A stretch of DNA of 51,436 nt, the filler included, from Basidiobolus ranarum (Eukaryota), in NCBI GenBank assembly GCA_040143965.1. It is 3 parts of 3 records of this genome, joined end to end, with 100 filler letters (N's around TTAATTAATTAA, not from the genome) between each part and the next. Parts side by side here need not be neighbours in the genome. Positions count along the whole stretch, not along the records: positions 34,386 to 51,436 come from JASJQH010000317.1; 2 more parts are not named here. One strand, 5' to 3'. Positions 38,930 through 51,436 of the stretch are shown here, in pieces. The notes under the pieces are model-generated. The model did not search any database and was not told the origin of the DNA. It saw only the letters and a list, made by a program, of their open reading frames with translations. The position numbers and the translations under genes were made by a program. The number at the start of each line of letters is the position of its first letter. The stretch's first letter is position 1.

Positions 38930-40560
38930 ATGTCACAGTCTTCCACGTTTACCACTAAGGTCAAAGGTTATCCTAGTATGAGTGCAACCAACCATGGCTC
39001 CTCTGTACGCTCTCACAACAAAATCCGAGTGGCATATTTTCATGAGGAGGAGGTGGGGAATTTTCACTACGGTGTAAGTCTATGTATATCTACCAGCGTA
39101 TATTTGCCAATATGCATCTATTGCTAACTCGAATGCACGAACTATATGACTTATTTTCTTTAGGAACATCATCCTATGAAACCTCACAGATTAACTTTAA
39201 CGAATCACTTGGTTCTAAATTATGGTTTACACCGAAAACTTGATATATATAAGCCTAGAAAAGCGACAGAACAAGAGTTGCTGGACTTTCATTCATCAGA
39301 TTATATCGATTTTCTCAAACGGTATTTTATTATAACTTCCACCTCGTGAAACATTGTACTGGCCAACTACAGCTTTAATATTCCTCTTAAACAATAGAGT
39401 TACTCCAGAGAATGTAGACTCTTTTAGTCAATATTTTTCTCGGTTCAATATTGGAGATGACTGTCCAATATTCGAAGGAATGTATGATTTTTGTCAAATA
39501 TACACTGGGGCCTCTATCGAAGCAGCCAGGAAACTACTTTCCGGTGGATGTGATATAGCAATTAATTGGTCTGGAGGTCTACATCACGCCAAGAAATTTG
39601 AAGCTTCCGGTTTTTGCTATGTCAATGATATCGTTTTAGCCATACTTCAGTTACTGCGGTTAGTGAGAGGATGTCTTTAGTTTGTCTCTTGATGTTCTAT
39701 TAAAATTCAGCCAAATGACTTTTCTTGGTACACCTAGTTATCACCCTCGAGTACTGTATATCGACATCGATATTCATCATGGAGACGGTGTTCAGGAAGC
39801 ATTTTACACCACTGATAGAGTAATGACCGTGTCTTTTCATAAATATAACGGAGATTTCTTCCCAGGTACTGGACACATCGATGAGACTGGGTCGGACCTG
39901 GGTAAACATTTTGCACTGAATGTGCCTCTTAAGGATGGTATTGATGATCAATCCTATATATGGCTTTTTAAATCAATTATGGAGAATGTGATCAACTCTT
40001 TTCGACCATCGGCAATAGTTCTGCAATGTGGGGCGGATTCTTTAGGATGTGACCGTTTAGGATGTTTCAACCTGAGCATAGCAGCCCACGGAGAATGCGT
40101 AAAGTTTATTAAGGGCTTCGGAATACCTACACTGGTTGTCGGTGGGGGTGGGTATACCGTTAGAAATGTGGCCCGATGCTGGACTTACGAGACTTCGATC
40201 ATTGTGGATGCCGATTTGAGTAACGATCTACCCTCGAATACTTATTACGACTTCTTTGCACCTGACTACAAACTACACCCGAAGCTCTCTGGGCGAGTAG
40301 AGAATCTGAACACAAGGTCCTATCTGGAGCAACTAAGAACCCGAGTATTTGAACATTTACGGTATTTGAATGGAGCACCTAGCGTGCAAATGCAAGAGAT
40401 TCCTCCAGATATCCAAGGGTTTTTGGACGATGGCAGTAGAGAAGATGAAGATTCCGATAGAGATCTCGATCAAAGATACGATAGCTATGTTGAGGTGGAT
40501 AACGATTTTTATGACGATGATCGAGACATTGACCAAGATGGAATGGAAATAGAAGTGTAG
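38930..40560 (+). CDS. HOS2: Class I histone deacetylase, Hos2/HDAC3-like (4 exons)
   Basis: Exons 38930-39073, 39164-39321, 39398-39658 and 39738-40560. Motifs: [71 protein letters not shown]. The RLTLTNHL segment and short acidic tail favour Hos2/HDAC3 over Rpd3. Confidence 0.9.
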
Positions 40561-41445
40561 TCAATGCTGATACACCATTGCGCCGTCATCTGTACTCGTC
40601 CCTCGTCTCTCACCTAGGGTTATGCTACAGTCCCGTCATATGTATTACCTTTCTCACTCACTATAGTCCCATCAGTGTTATCATGTAAATACATCTTTAT
40701 ATTTGTAATTCGATTTTGACCATTCCACATGCTTGTTGATAGCACCGCTCAGGATGCCCATCACCACCAAACAAGCGTAAGATTCTCTTTCAACAGCAAA
40801 CAGCACACATCTACCTCGCCATACTAACTTCTGAAATGGATGAACTGAAATCGACGTGCTCTCCTTCGCATCGGTGATTGTTCGTACGGACCTAACAACC
40901 TATTCTGTGTGCATTCAAAGTTCAAAAGAGACGGAAGTGCTACTTTTTGGATGATATGCTACATGTGTTGAGTTAGACCCATGATTGTACGTAGTTTTGG
41001 TGTTCTTTTTATGAGTTTTTTTAAGAGATTTTGGTGGTTTGGAGATAAATTGGGGGAAAATAATAAACAGCGAAAATATATGTTTAGCCATTTCGACAGT
41101 AATTGATGTAGGTTGTAAAGGCGAGTGATCTTTCGGGCGAATTTGTACAAAAACGAGGTCACATATAAGTCAAATGTAAAGAAAGTCGGCCATGGGAGGT
41201 GAGATCGGAGGGGGTTCCGACTTATTCTATGCGACGATAATGATTTATTAAACGACCGAGAGGATCAAGTCACAAAATATAGAGCAAGAATATTGGTATG
41301 GAAATTTCTTTTGCTTTTATCCCACCTCTTTCTCTATAAATATGTAAACATATATAATAGTGTTGGTTGAAAGAGGCAAGCTAAATAAGGTTTGAATCGT
41401 CTGGAACAAAAAGTACCCAATGGTTCGTGAATGAACCGCGGTGAA

Positions 41446-43996
41446 TTATTTAGCAACCAAAGGGACGCATTCTTTGTTCTTGTTGAGTTGCTTAATATGG
41501 TCTTGTCTTTCTTTTTGAGCCTTGCGGAAATCCTCAAGTGTCTTAAAATTGGCAAGGATTTTAGCTAGAGAATCGTTCACGCTGATATGATTGGTTTCTT
41601 TATCTTTTCGGTAATACAAGTAGGCCCAAAACTTCTCAAGACCATAGAAAAATCCATTTTCGAAGTCAGCAAGGGTCAACTCCTGGAATTCTTCGAATAT
41701 TTCAGGTCGGAACTTCTTTTCAAGACCATAAGAGAAGAAGCGGAAGAGACATTCTAAGCCGTAACGATAGTTTGCTTCGGCATCCTCAATAGCTAACCGT
41801 TTGAATTCGGTATACATCTTGCGATTAAAATGATCACGCAAGAAGTGTGACCAGAATCGGAATAAGGTATTCATTTCCTGGGAGTGACCATTACCCAAAC
41901 GTTTGCGCTCTTTAAGCGCTTTAGCGTGGTACTTGTAATATTTGTGCTGCATAAAACCATTCTCGCGCAAAAGGTCGTGGCTTGGATGCTGAAATGTAGG
42001 AAGTGATTGTCCCAAGGAGGTGGAATAAACTCCATCCATGTGTGTTCCAGGTGACATGGAATAAGGGAGAGAGTTGGGAGGGGTAGCTTCTCCGGGATGG
42101 TAAGGCTGATTACCAAGGACCCAACCAACAGCTGCTTGAGAATGGTGCTGTCTAGAATCAGGGATTTTCATACCATTTCTCCTATAGCTACCGAAACTAG
42201 CACCGTAACTAGCACCATAACTTCCACTGAGGCTATCATAGGGAGTTCTTTCACCTTTGATAGGATAGAATTTGGGAGCACGTTTCTTCTTCTTTTTCTT
42301 ACGATCACTATCTTGAACAATAGTTTTACTGGAGAGGCCAGTAGATACGCTGGCAATCATACCAGCATCAACAGAACGGGCAGATTGCAGTAGATCATTG
42401 AACTGATCGGCGGGAACGGTATCTACTTTGGTATTGGATGCTGACCTTTCGTTAGGCTCCTTTCTTTTAAGAGCGTGTTCATAGTGATAAAGGCCCTCGT
42501 TAATCATTTCGTTGATTTCTTCATCCATGGCTTTTCTATCCAAGTTTTCGCTTTTGCGGGATTGTCGCTTTTGTTTAATTATTAGTATTCTAGCGACGGT
42601 GTCTTCATCGATTTCTTCCATATCGTCATCGAGATCCGATTCATCAGTACTGTCATAGTACTTTTGTGCTTTGCTAACAGTAGGGGTATCTTGAGATTCA
42701 AAATCCTCATCAAATTGGAATAGATCATCATCATCGTGACTAGATTTTTTAGGCTTAGGTGCTAAGGATCCTAGCGAGCGTCGAGAATTTTGCTTTGCTT
42801 GTGGAGGAATTGGTGGTCTGGATGAGTTGCTTCCTTGATTTGAGGATTTATTTGACGCAGGTGGTGCAAGAGGCTTTGCTTCAACACCCGGCAAATCAGA
42901 TTGGGTGATTTGAGGTTGACGATCAACGGATGTGTGTTCCTCTTGCTGGCTAGGAAATAACCATCTGGCCCAATCATCCTTCTTCCTAATCTTCATATCT
43001 TTGACTTCAACAACCTCGCTAGAAACAAGGGCATCGTGGACCAGTTTCTCATCTTCGGTGAGAGCCTTTATTCTGTTGAATCCGGCCAATAAGGAGATCG
43101 GGACATACCCTTCTGAATCCATATTGTTGCGGAAATAGACATCACGGCATAAATTCTCAATACTAAAATAATATTCAATTTGTGACTTCAGTTTGACCAT
43201 TAGGGGCTCAGGGTCTAATTTCTTTTTAGGGAGCAGAGATCTGCGTTGACCGCCAGGGCGACTAGTAGAAGTATATGCTTTGGTATGCGAGTAAGAAATA
43301 TCTGGAATATAAAAGGAATATTCACAAAACGATCCTTTATAAATGATTATAATATGTATGCGAGTACTTACGTTTCTCGCTAGGGTCAGGATTCTCGGTG
43401 CCATTGAAATCGCCATTAGACAGATTCTTATGACGATTGCCCTGGGGGCCACTGCTACGCCTCTGTCTCGGTTGCGAGTGAGCGTTGGAAGAGATGTTAT
43501 TGGGTTGCTCTTGTTTAGCTTCACCAGAATCCCTCTTAGAGTCATGGGTGGCGGATTTGTGGCCAGTTTGGGCAGTATTGGGAACCCACATGCCACGACC
43601 TGAATTATCGCAAAGCATCAATACTAATTCAATATCCAAGAATCTCGATGAACCCACCTTTGTTGGAGTTGATATTTTTGAGAGTTTCCGGTTTCCTTTC
43701 CGCTTCAGTTTTGAGGGAAGCAGCAGGCTCTGGCCATTCTGCATATTAACAAATAGAAGTAAATACCTTTCGAAATATAGACTCTGACTGCTCCTATCGA
43801 TAGATATTCATATTTCAAACTTACCAGTGCCGTTTCCACCTTGCTTATTCACCTCGGATTCTTGTACTACGGCACTTTTTCTTGCCTCCCAAACATTAAC
43901 GGAGGGAGAAGAAACTGGCTCGGGCATAACGTTGTCCTCTTGAGTTGGCGCCATAGCGGGAGTAACGAGGACTTGCTCAGGATTTGGATAAGTCAT
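41446..43996 (-). CDS. La-related protein 1-type RNA-binding protein (La motif + DM15 repeats, 4 exons)
   Basis: Exons 43996-43825, 43738-43658, 43599-43372 and 43301-41446. La motif [37 protein letters not shown]15 region [12 protein letters not shown]...[26 protein letters not shown]....[16 protein letters not shown]...YGLEKFWA. Confidence 0.94.
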
Positions 43997-46991
43997 AGTA
44001 AAAATATTCCGCTTATAGTACGAGTGTAATTCAGTTCCAAAAGAAAAGAAAGGTTCCTAATGTCGAGTAATACAGCTGATTCTGAAGAGCTTAGCTAGGA
44101 ATTCGTTTGAACGAAAAGGGACTAAACTTCGGCTCGAAAGAGAAAATGTATAAAAGAAATAAAGAAAACAAAGAGTTCAACTAGGAGTTTAAAGTGAAAT
44201 AAATTGGACCGAAATATAAGAGAAGGTGGTTATCAGAGAAGTGTGTTTAGCTAAAGAGTAGTGGTTTTTGCAAGTGTTCTACGGTTTATTCTTCAATAGA
44301 AATTTTTTCCTTATCTGACGGATTTTTCTATCTTCTGCTTGCTACCACTTGTATATGTATTCAATTTGGCTAATAAACTAAAAGCTTTGGAACATACTAT
44401 TGCAAGATGGTGGTTGTTCCGAGCCAGTTGGCTTCAATAAAATTGATATTCACCCACCAAGGCATTGTCTTCCCCGAACCACATGGTGATTTGCTATATA
44501 GTTGAGTAGCAATGATTAGGAGCAATACATAATCATGTCCTAATGCGGCCATTGCATTGGTGTTTTTTGAAACCGCTGCTCTCATCTATTCTTAACAGGT
44601 GATCTCTGCCCATTGGTGCAAATGTTTAGGCTAAGCTATGACTGATTAGCACAAAGGCATTAATCTGTAGATCGGAATTATTTGGTTCATTAAAAATTGA
44701 AGTTGATGCCACAGTGTAATCAGCCTGAAATGAGTTAGTTCAATATACGAAGATTTACTGCCAGCGCTGTGAATGCTTCAAACCGTCAGTGCAGCTTCTG
44801 GTAGATTGGCTATTCTCAGGACTCAAACATAGATACCATGCATGCCATACCACAACATAAGAAATGCAAATCCTAAGATGAGGCGGTAGCATAAGTAGTC
44901 GGGAGGCTTGGCGACCAACAGATCACTCTCTGACGCAATTAACAGTATCTCTGATCACAGAGACCTGATTTCTTTAGATTCTCAATGTTATGCATATGAT
45001 GGATAATCTGTATGACGAGAAGTAGTAACCCAAACCTGACGACGTTCTTGTCTTTATATCAGGTTCCTGAAATAGCTACGCTACAAATTACCTGGTATCG
45101 AATTTGCAGTCACTATTTTCATATATCTCACAACCACATACATTAATGCTGTTCGAGGCGAGTAAACTCTCGGGAGCTCCTCTAGCAAGCAGGAAGATGA
45201 TAAAATATGAATGTATATAAGGCTTGCACTTGACCTCTTCAGCTTCCGATACACTGTGAATCATCTCGAGGCTTGAGCCATTCAAAGCGAGGTAGAAGCA
45301 TGGGATGGATTGTGATGGATTGTGATGGAAGTACAAGCAAATCAACAGGCTTTTCTATTTATTACACTTCAATGTGTCATCCTAGGAGTGGATAGCTGAT
45401 CAACTGACTTTTACCCAAGATAAAGCGTTCGGGATCTCGGTGCAAGAATAACGTTGTGGAGAAGATCATCTGCGGTGGTCATGCTAGAATGAGACAACCC
45501 TCAACGGTCCACACAAATAGCCCAACATATGCATTTTTTTGTTATTGTAATATTGTCGTCATAAATACTTGCATCAACTAGAGGCATATTTGAAGTGACA
45601 TTGCGGAAGACATCAGTATCATCTAGGCAAGAAGCTTCGAATGGGCTTGACCAATTATTCAAAATCATCACCTGGTTTCATACTTGAAAGGCATTCGCAG
45701 CTTGGTTCAAGATCATCTCCATAAATCTGTGCTGTGCAATACCAAAATGAAATGCCGTAGTTCTTGGCCCGTTAACCCAATAATGTGATGATCATTCATT
45801 TAGTCCATAAACTAAGCTAGCTATGCCTCGTCAAAACAGGCATCATCACCAACTGACTGGCCATTCTAAGAAGTGACTCAGAAAATATCCAAGTAATGAA
45901 GATTTCCCTGCATCCGAACTTTCTTATTCCCGGATACTCTCAAACAAGGCTGCGAATCCCACGTTGAAGAGTGAGCTAGTTATGCGATGACTTGAATTTT
46001 ATGACCGCGGTAATGCCAAGCAGTGTCTGTAGGGGTAATGGCACAAGCCCATATGTGACTTGCTTCTTTCCGGTTGAGGAATGTAGTGTGGTATGCAGTT
46101 ACTATTGAAGCGCCCTATGAAATACTCTTTGCGCCGATAATCTTCAGCCCGGCATAGACACTCATGTGTGACCCGGTATTTTTAGCACTGCTCCAGACAA
46201 CATGAATGCTGGCCTATGCTGCCAATCTTGTTATAACCCAAGTTAATTAGGCAGCCTTATACAGCAGTCATATTTTTAGGGTTGACTTTGTCCCGTGTCT
46301 ACTCTCAATCTATACGTCAATGATCGTAATGGCTTTAATTGACTTTCAACGACCCATGAGAAGCAGCTAGTAGACATCAGCATCAGGGGCTGCACAATTC
46401 AAGATCAATATATTGAAGTACTCTGGACAGGTTGTGAGGTATGAAATCCCAGCACTCCTATCAGTCTGCGGTATTACATACTCCATACATTCGGCATTTC
46501 CCTAATTCAGTTAACAAGAATTTACCTGATGCGAAACCTCAGATTCGGGGAATCTGCGTCCATACCCGTTTTTCCGACTGGGATTCGATTACCTTCCCAA
46601 GCCCTTATTGGCAAACATTAGGAATCCATATTCATTCTTGGCTACATCTTGGTGTTTGATTTCAGTGATTGGCCTCAGCTGCTCAGACATTATTTTTACA
46701 CCTTCTCCTTATCCAAGTCACCTCACCGCTTGCATTTGCTACTTTCCTCGATCCTACAGTTGATCGATATGCTTCCATTAGTGTAATTAATTAGGATAGA
46801 TACTAATCTAGCATTGATTCGGTTCTCTATATATATTGTGTGATTGCACATAGACCTTATCAAATTAGTACGCAAGTGACCTAAATTCACTTTGACAGAT
46901 ATAACCCGTTCTCATCTCTTGAAATCCACCTCCCACTAGAAATCGCACTCAGTAACACCAACACCACTCCACCGCTTGTATCATATCTCCA

Positions 46992-49257
46992 ATGTCCGAT
47001 ATCACCATTCCCTCTTTCCCATTAACCCTGGGAACTTCAGATGTTATTATTGTTCTTGTTGCGCTCATGTCCATGCTCTATCTGTTTCGTGATACTTTGC
47101 TCGGCTCCAAGCCTCTGGAAGTTAAACCAGTTTCGATTAGCAATATTAACACTGTTAAAGCACCAAAAAAGTGTCGAAATTTCATCACCAAAATGGATGA
47201 ATTGGTAAGTAATTTAACAGTATTTGTACCTCGCGTATTAGCTTAAATTGAACCCACTTTTTAATGTTGTTCAGGACAAGAACGCAGTTTTATTCTTCGG
47301 CTCACAAACTGGCACTGCTGAGGATCTTGCTACTCGTTTGGCCAAAGAAGGTGAGCAGCGATATGGTCTTCGTTGTATGATTGCCGATCCTGAAGAGTAT
47401 GATATGAAGTATCTGGACCAATTACCTGCTGATAAAATCGCCTTCTTTGTGGTGGCCACTTATGGTGAGGGTGAGCCTACCGATAATGCCACTGAACTAT
47501 TCAATCTACTACAAGAGGAGGACCCTAAATTCTCCAAGGGCGCTGATCCTCAGGGTGATGGTGTGCCTTTGAAACACCTTAATTATGTCGTATTTGGTCT
47601 CGGTAATACCACTTACGAATTCTATAACGCCGTTGCTCGCTTCATCGATACCAAGCTATCCCAACTCGGCGCTCAAAGGATCGGCGAACGTGGGGAAGGG
47701 GATGATGATGGCTCCATGGAGGAGGACTTTCTTACATGGAAAGATGGTATGTGGAAGGAACTATGTGAAACCATGAATTTTGATCAGACAAGCCAAGGGG
47801 ATCAAACCGTTTCCTTCACTTACCAAGTCATCGAACATGATGAAAAGACTAACCCTACACGAGTGTACCATGGTGAATTATCCAAACTAGACAATGCTAA
47901 CCAACCATCTTATGATGCCAAAAATCCTCACATGACTCCCATTAAACTTACAAGGGAATTATTCAAATCATCAGATCGCTCATGTATTCACGCGGAATTC
48001 GACATTAAAGCAGCCGGTATGTCCTATGAGACTGGTGATCATTTGGGGATCTTTCCAGTTAATTCTGATATCGAGGTGATTCGTCTAGCCAAAACCCTTG
48101 GACTGATGAAGAGTGGCAAACTGGATCAAATCATCACTGTAGAGAATGTAGACAAAAGTGCTAACAAAAAACACCCATTCCCTGTGCCTACTACCTACCG
48201 AGCAATGCTTCGTCATTATCTTGATATCTCTGCTCTACCATCCCGTCAATTTCTATCGGACCTTGCTTCTTTGGCTACTAATGAACCTGTCAAAGCCTAC
48301 CTTAAACAACTTGGTGAAGATAAGGAATTCTATCATTCCGAAGTAGTTGTTCCATGTCACAACGTTGGCAGTATATTGGAGCATCTGGAAGAAATTCAAG
48401 CTGATATCCCCGAAGGTGATCGTCTAAAAGTACCTATCCCTCTATTGATCGAAGGCCTTGGTAGATTGCAACCCAGATACTATAGTATCTCCTCATCTGG
48501 ATCTCTATATCCTGACACAGTACATATCACTGCAGCTGTTCTTCGGTATACGATACCCACTCTTCCAGATAACATCCGATACGGTGTAGCAACGAACTAT
48601 CTCTACTCCATTCATCGTCATATGGAAGGTACAGCCACGAAAGAAGCTGTGGAAAGTAAGCCCTTCCCCACGTACTACATTCATGGTGTTCATAATCAAA
48701 AATCCGTAGAAATTAAAGATGAAAACCCTCAGTTGCTCATCAAAGTTCCAGCCTTCATTCGTAAGAGTAACTTTCGTCTTCCAAAAGATTCTCAGAAACC
48801 AGTTATTATGGTTGGCCCTGGGACCGGAATAGCACCGTTCCGTGGATTCATTCAAGAAAGAGTTTACCAGGCTGAACAGGGTAAGCAGATGGGATCAACA
48901 TTATTGTTCTATGGTTGTCGTCATCGAGAAGAGGATTTCCTTTACGTTGATGAATGGGAATCGATGTTCCAAAAGCTGCCAAACAGTGAGCTTATTACCG
49001 CTTTCTCGCGTGAGCAACAGCACAAGATCTATGTGCAACACAAGTTGAAAGAACATCAAGAACAAGTTTGGAACTTGATTCATAATGAAGACTGCTACTT
49101 CTATGTGTGTGGTGATGCGAAGAATATGGCTAAAGATGTTCAAAAAGCAATTGCTGAAATGGCAGTTCAATTGGGTAATATGGAAGAAGATCAAGCTAAT
49201 AACTACGTTAAGCAACTACGCATTGAAGGCAGATACCAAGAGGATGTATGGGCTTAA
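46992..49257 (+). CDS. NCP1: NADPH-cytochrome P450 reductase (2 exons)
   Basis: Exons 46992-47204 and 47275-49257. N-terminal membrane anchor, FMN motifs FGSQTGTAED, ATYGEGEPTDNA and FGLGN..YE.YN, the FAD motif LQPRYYSISSS, the NADPH motif MVGPGTGIAPFRGF, YVCGDA and the C-terminal RYQEDVW. Confidence 0.97.
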
Positions 49258-49639
49258 AGGAATGCCATTGAAATGTTACGATTACACTTTCCGTACTAAA
49301 CCCAACACTAATAGAAACCTAATAAGCTTACCTCCTCATGATCTGATAAATAGATATTGTAGTATACATCCCATCTCACCTCTCTTATATCTATATATTC
49401 ATGTTTGTATTAAATCACTAAATGAAACCGGAGGTGTATAGTAACTTTACATGTACTCTTTTTAAACTTCTACGATTACTATCCTTTAGTATAAGCAATA
49501 AGATACAATAAACCTCACCCCTTCAACCAATCTATCTCCGAAGTGGCTAAAACCAGAAATACACAACCACTCATTCCTTCTTGATCAGTAAATAGCACTG
49601 CATTGGTGGTAAAAGCGATCCATATTTCATTTCTATCCT

Positions 49640-49825
49640 CGCGTTGGAGTCTGTTTTGATTTAAATGAATTTTCAATTAAACGCGTAAATCAAAAGTCAT
49701 TTAATTGGTTGGGTGGACTTGGATGCCGATGGTCTGTTTAGCAGCAAAAAACGCGAGCTCAACAGAATCCTGTTTTATCCTAACATGTTAGTTTACGATC
49801 AATAGAATAATGTAGGAATAACGCG
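49640..49825. promoter_or_regulatory. Cluster of MCB-like ACGCG elements in the histone H4 promoter
   Basis: CGCGT at 49640, ACGCGT at 49681, ACGCG at 49751 and ACGCG at 49821, in AT-rich DNA. There is also an inverted CCAAT (ATTGG, about 49704) and TATATAAA at about 49833. Confidence 0.6.
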
Positions 49826-49876
49826 CAGTTGATATATAAATAGTCCCATTAAGATCAATGTACCAGTCCTATCTAG

Positions 49877-50209
<333 letters not shown>

Positions 50210-50473
50210 TATTCTTTCAAATAAATATCAAATTCCATCTACCTTTTGGTCTGTAATAACTTACTGTAAAATATTCACTTTATTTTACATTTAACATGTT
50301 CAGAAAGAGTAAAAAATAATAAGGAAAAGAATACTTTTATATAAGATAAAATTCTAAAATTACCAAGAAAACGACAAAAGGTGGAAGAAATTTATGCAAT
50401 TTACTTTCTAAAGTAGTTAGAATACCTAGATTTTGATCGATACACACATAACTACACTACTTCATATCTAGAT

Positions 50474-51330
50474 TTAGTTTTGCTTCTTCTTCTTGTTCTT
50501 CTTCTTCTTGCTTGGTGTTTGAGATGGTGAAGCTGGTGTTTCAGCCTCAACTTCCTTGGTTTTTGGAGACTTTACTGGAGTTCCGTTAGGTTTGGATGTG
50601 GCAGCAGCAGCCTTCTTAGGTTGAGGTTGAGTAGCGGCAGGAACCTTACGCTTACGTGCATTTTGAGCGGCAGGTTTTTTCTGAGCGGGCTTTTCTTCCT
50701 CTTCTTCGGATTCCTCCGAGTCTTCCTTGACAGCTGGCTCCACGGATTGCTCAGAGGAGGCATCTTCATTATCATGGGTTTCGAGTTCCAATTTATGTTT
50801 GTTGTACTCTTCCAATTCAATTTTGTAGGCAGAGTTCTCTGTTTCATATTTCTTCATGTAAATCTCTTTGTCAGCATCGCTGAGAGCTTTCCAGGCGGTA
50901 CCAAGCTCACGAGAGACATCTTGTGAAGTGTAAGTAGGATGAATTTTGCGAATATGTTCGCGTTCATCGTTACAGAATTGAATATAAGGAGTGAAAGGCT
51001 TCTTGGGAGCGTTGGGATCCTTAGGAGCTTTCTTGGGAACTAAAGCACCCTCCATATCAACGACCTTTTTGTAAACCTCAGCGATGCGAGACATACAAAC
51101 GGCAATATTGGAGTAATTCTCGGAGAGCTAAATATTGAGGAAATATGTTACTAAAAATCAGGCCGGAAGAAAGAAGAAAAGTCCTCTAGTGGAAACTTGA
51201 CTTTTAGGCGTCAAGAAGTCCATCATAATAGAGATGTACTTACAACAGCAGCATCAGCAAGACTGATCTCAGCGGGAGTGGTGTTAAGCAAGTTCTGCTT
51301 CTTAGTAGCGGCAGAAGGTTTCTTGGACAT
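50474..51330 (-). CDS. HMG-box chromatin protein with acidic patch and Lys-rich tail (Hmo1-like layout, 2 exons)
   Basis: Exon 1 is 51330-51244 (MSKKPSAATKK...), followed by a GT-AG intron at 51243-51128 and exon 2 at 51127-50474. HMG box KDPNAPKKPFTPYIQFCNDER...VSRELGTAWKALS..DKE.Y and the C-terminal tail KKKKNKKKKQN. Confidence 0.92.
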
Positions 51331-51436
51331 GGTGTTACAAGAAAAGTGAGGTGAAGTGGGTAAAGAAGGAAGAATGATTGTCAGAGAATAGCGGAGGGTA
51401 GTTGTATAAAAACTCGAAAAATTTATTGGTGGTGAG

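Noticed and set aside
43302-43596. N-terminal part of the 716-aa ORF-track protein ([10 protein letters not shown]...)
   Set aside because: It reads an off-frame exon and through an intron (43371-43302). The real N-terminus comes from spliced exons starting at 43996.
44400-46700. Long spacer between the LARP1-type gene and the P450 reductase, containing short ORFs
   Set aside because: No frame gave a recognisable domain, and no RNA gene structure was seen.
50210-50290. Possible metazoan-type histone 3' stem-loop after H4
   Set aside because: There is no GGYYYTTYHHARRRCC-type hairpin, only AT-rich polyadenylation-like sequence.

Overview
This is eukaryotic DNA, from a fungus. It is AT-rich and carries many short GT-AG introns (mostly about 50-80 nt) with CTAAC-type branch points. 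The gene content and intron density fit an early-diverging fungus (Zoopagomycota/Mucoromycota-like); that placement is inference only. Two 100-nt scaffold gaps with a TTAATTAATTAA linker split the window into three contigs. Conserved genes, read by splicing exons by hand: PRP45/SNW1 (cut off at the window start), a Ctr copper transporter, an intronless DEAH RNA helicase (DHX30/36/57 family) with a mitochondrial-type leader, heat-shock factor, MAK10/NAA35, kynurenine 3-monooxygenase, VPS1 dynamin, an RWDD2-like protein (cut by a gap), NDC80, a HOS2/HDAC3-type deacetylase, a LARP1-type La/DM15 protein, NADPH-cytochrome P450 reductase, histone H4 (with an unusual G9A change) and an HMG-box protein. 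The 2.2-15.8 kb stretch is gene-poor. It holds an intronless secreted SMP-30/gluconolactonase that looks bacterial, two small single-exon ORFs, and a 5-exon group XII-like secreted phospholipase A2 that the ORF track misses. In that PLA2 the catalytic His-Asp sits on a 16-nt micro-exon, and the protein ends in a Ser/Thr stalk plus a GPI-like tail. Candidate regulatory structures: a 27-bp triple repeat with CuRE-like cores before the Ctr gene, a twin E-box inverted repeat before HSF, a uORF/hairpin leader on KMO, and 70-bp-spaced ACGCG elements before H4. No tRNA, rRNA, CRISPR array or intact mobile element was recognised.
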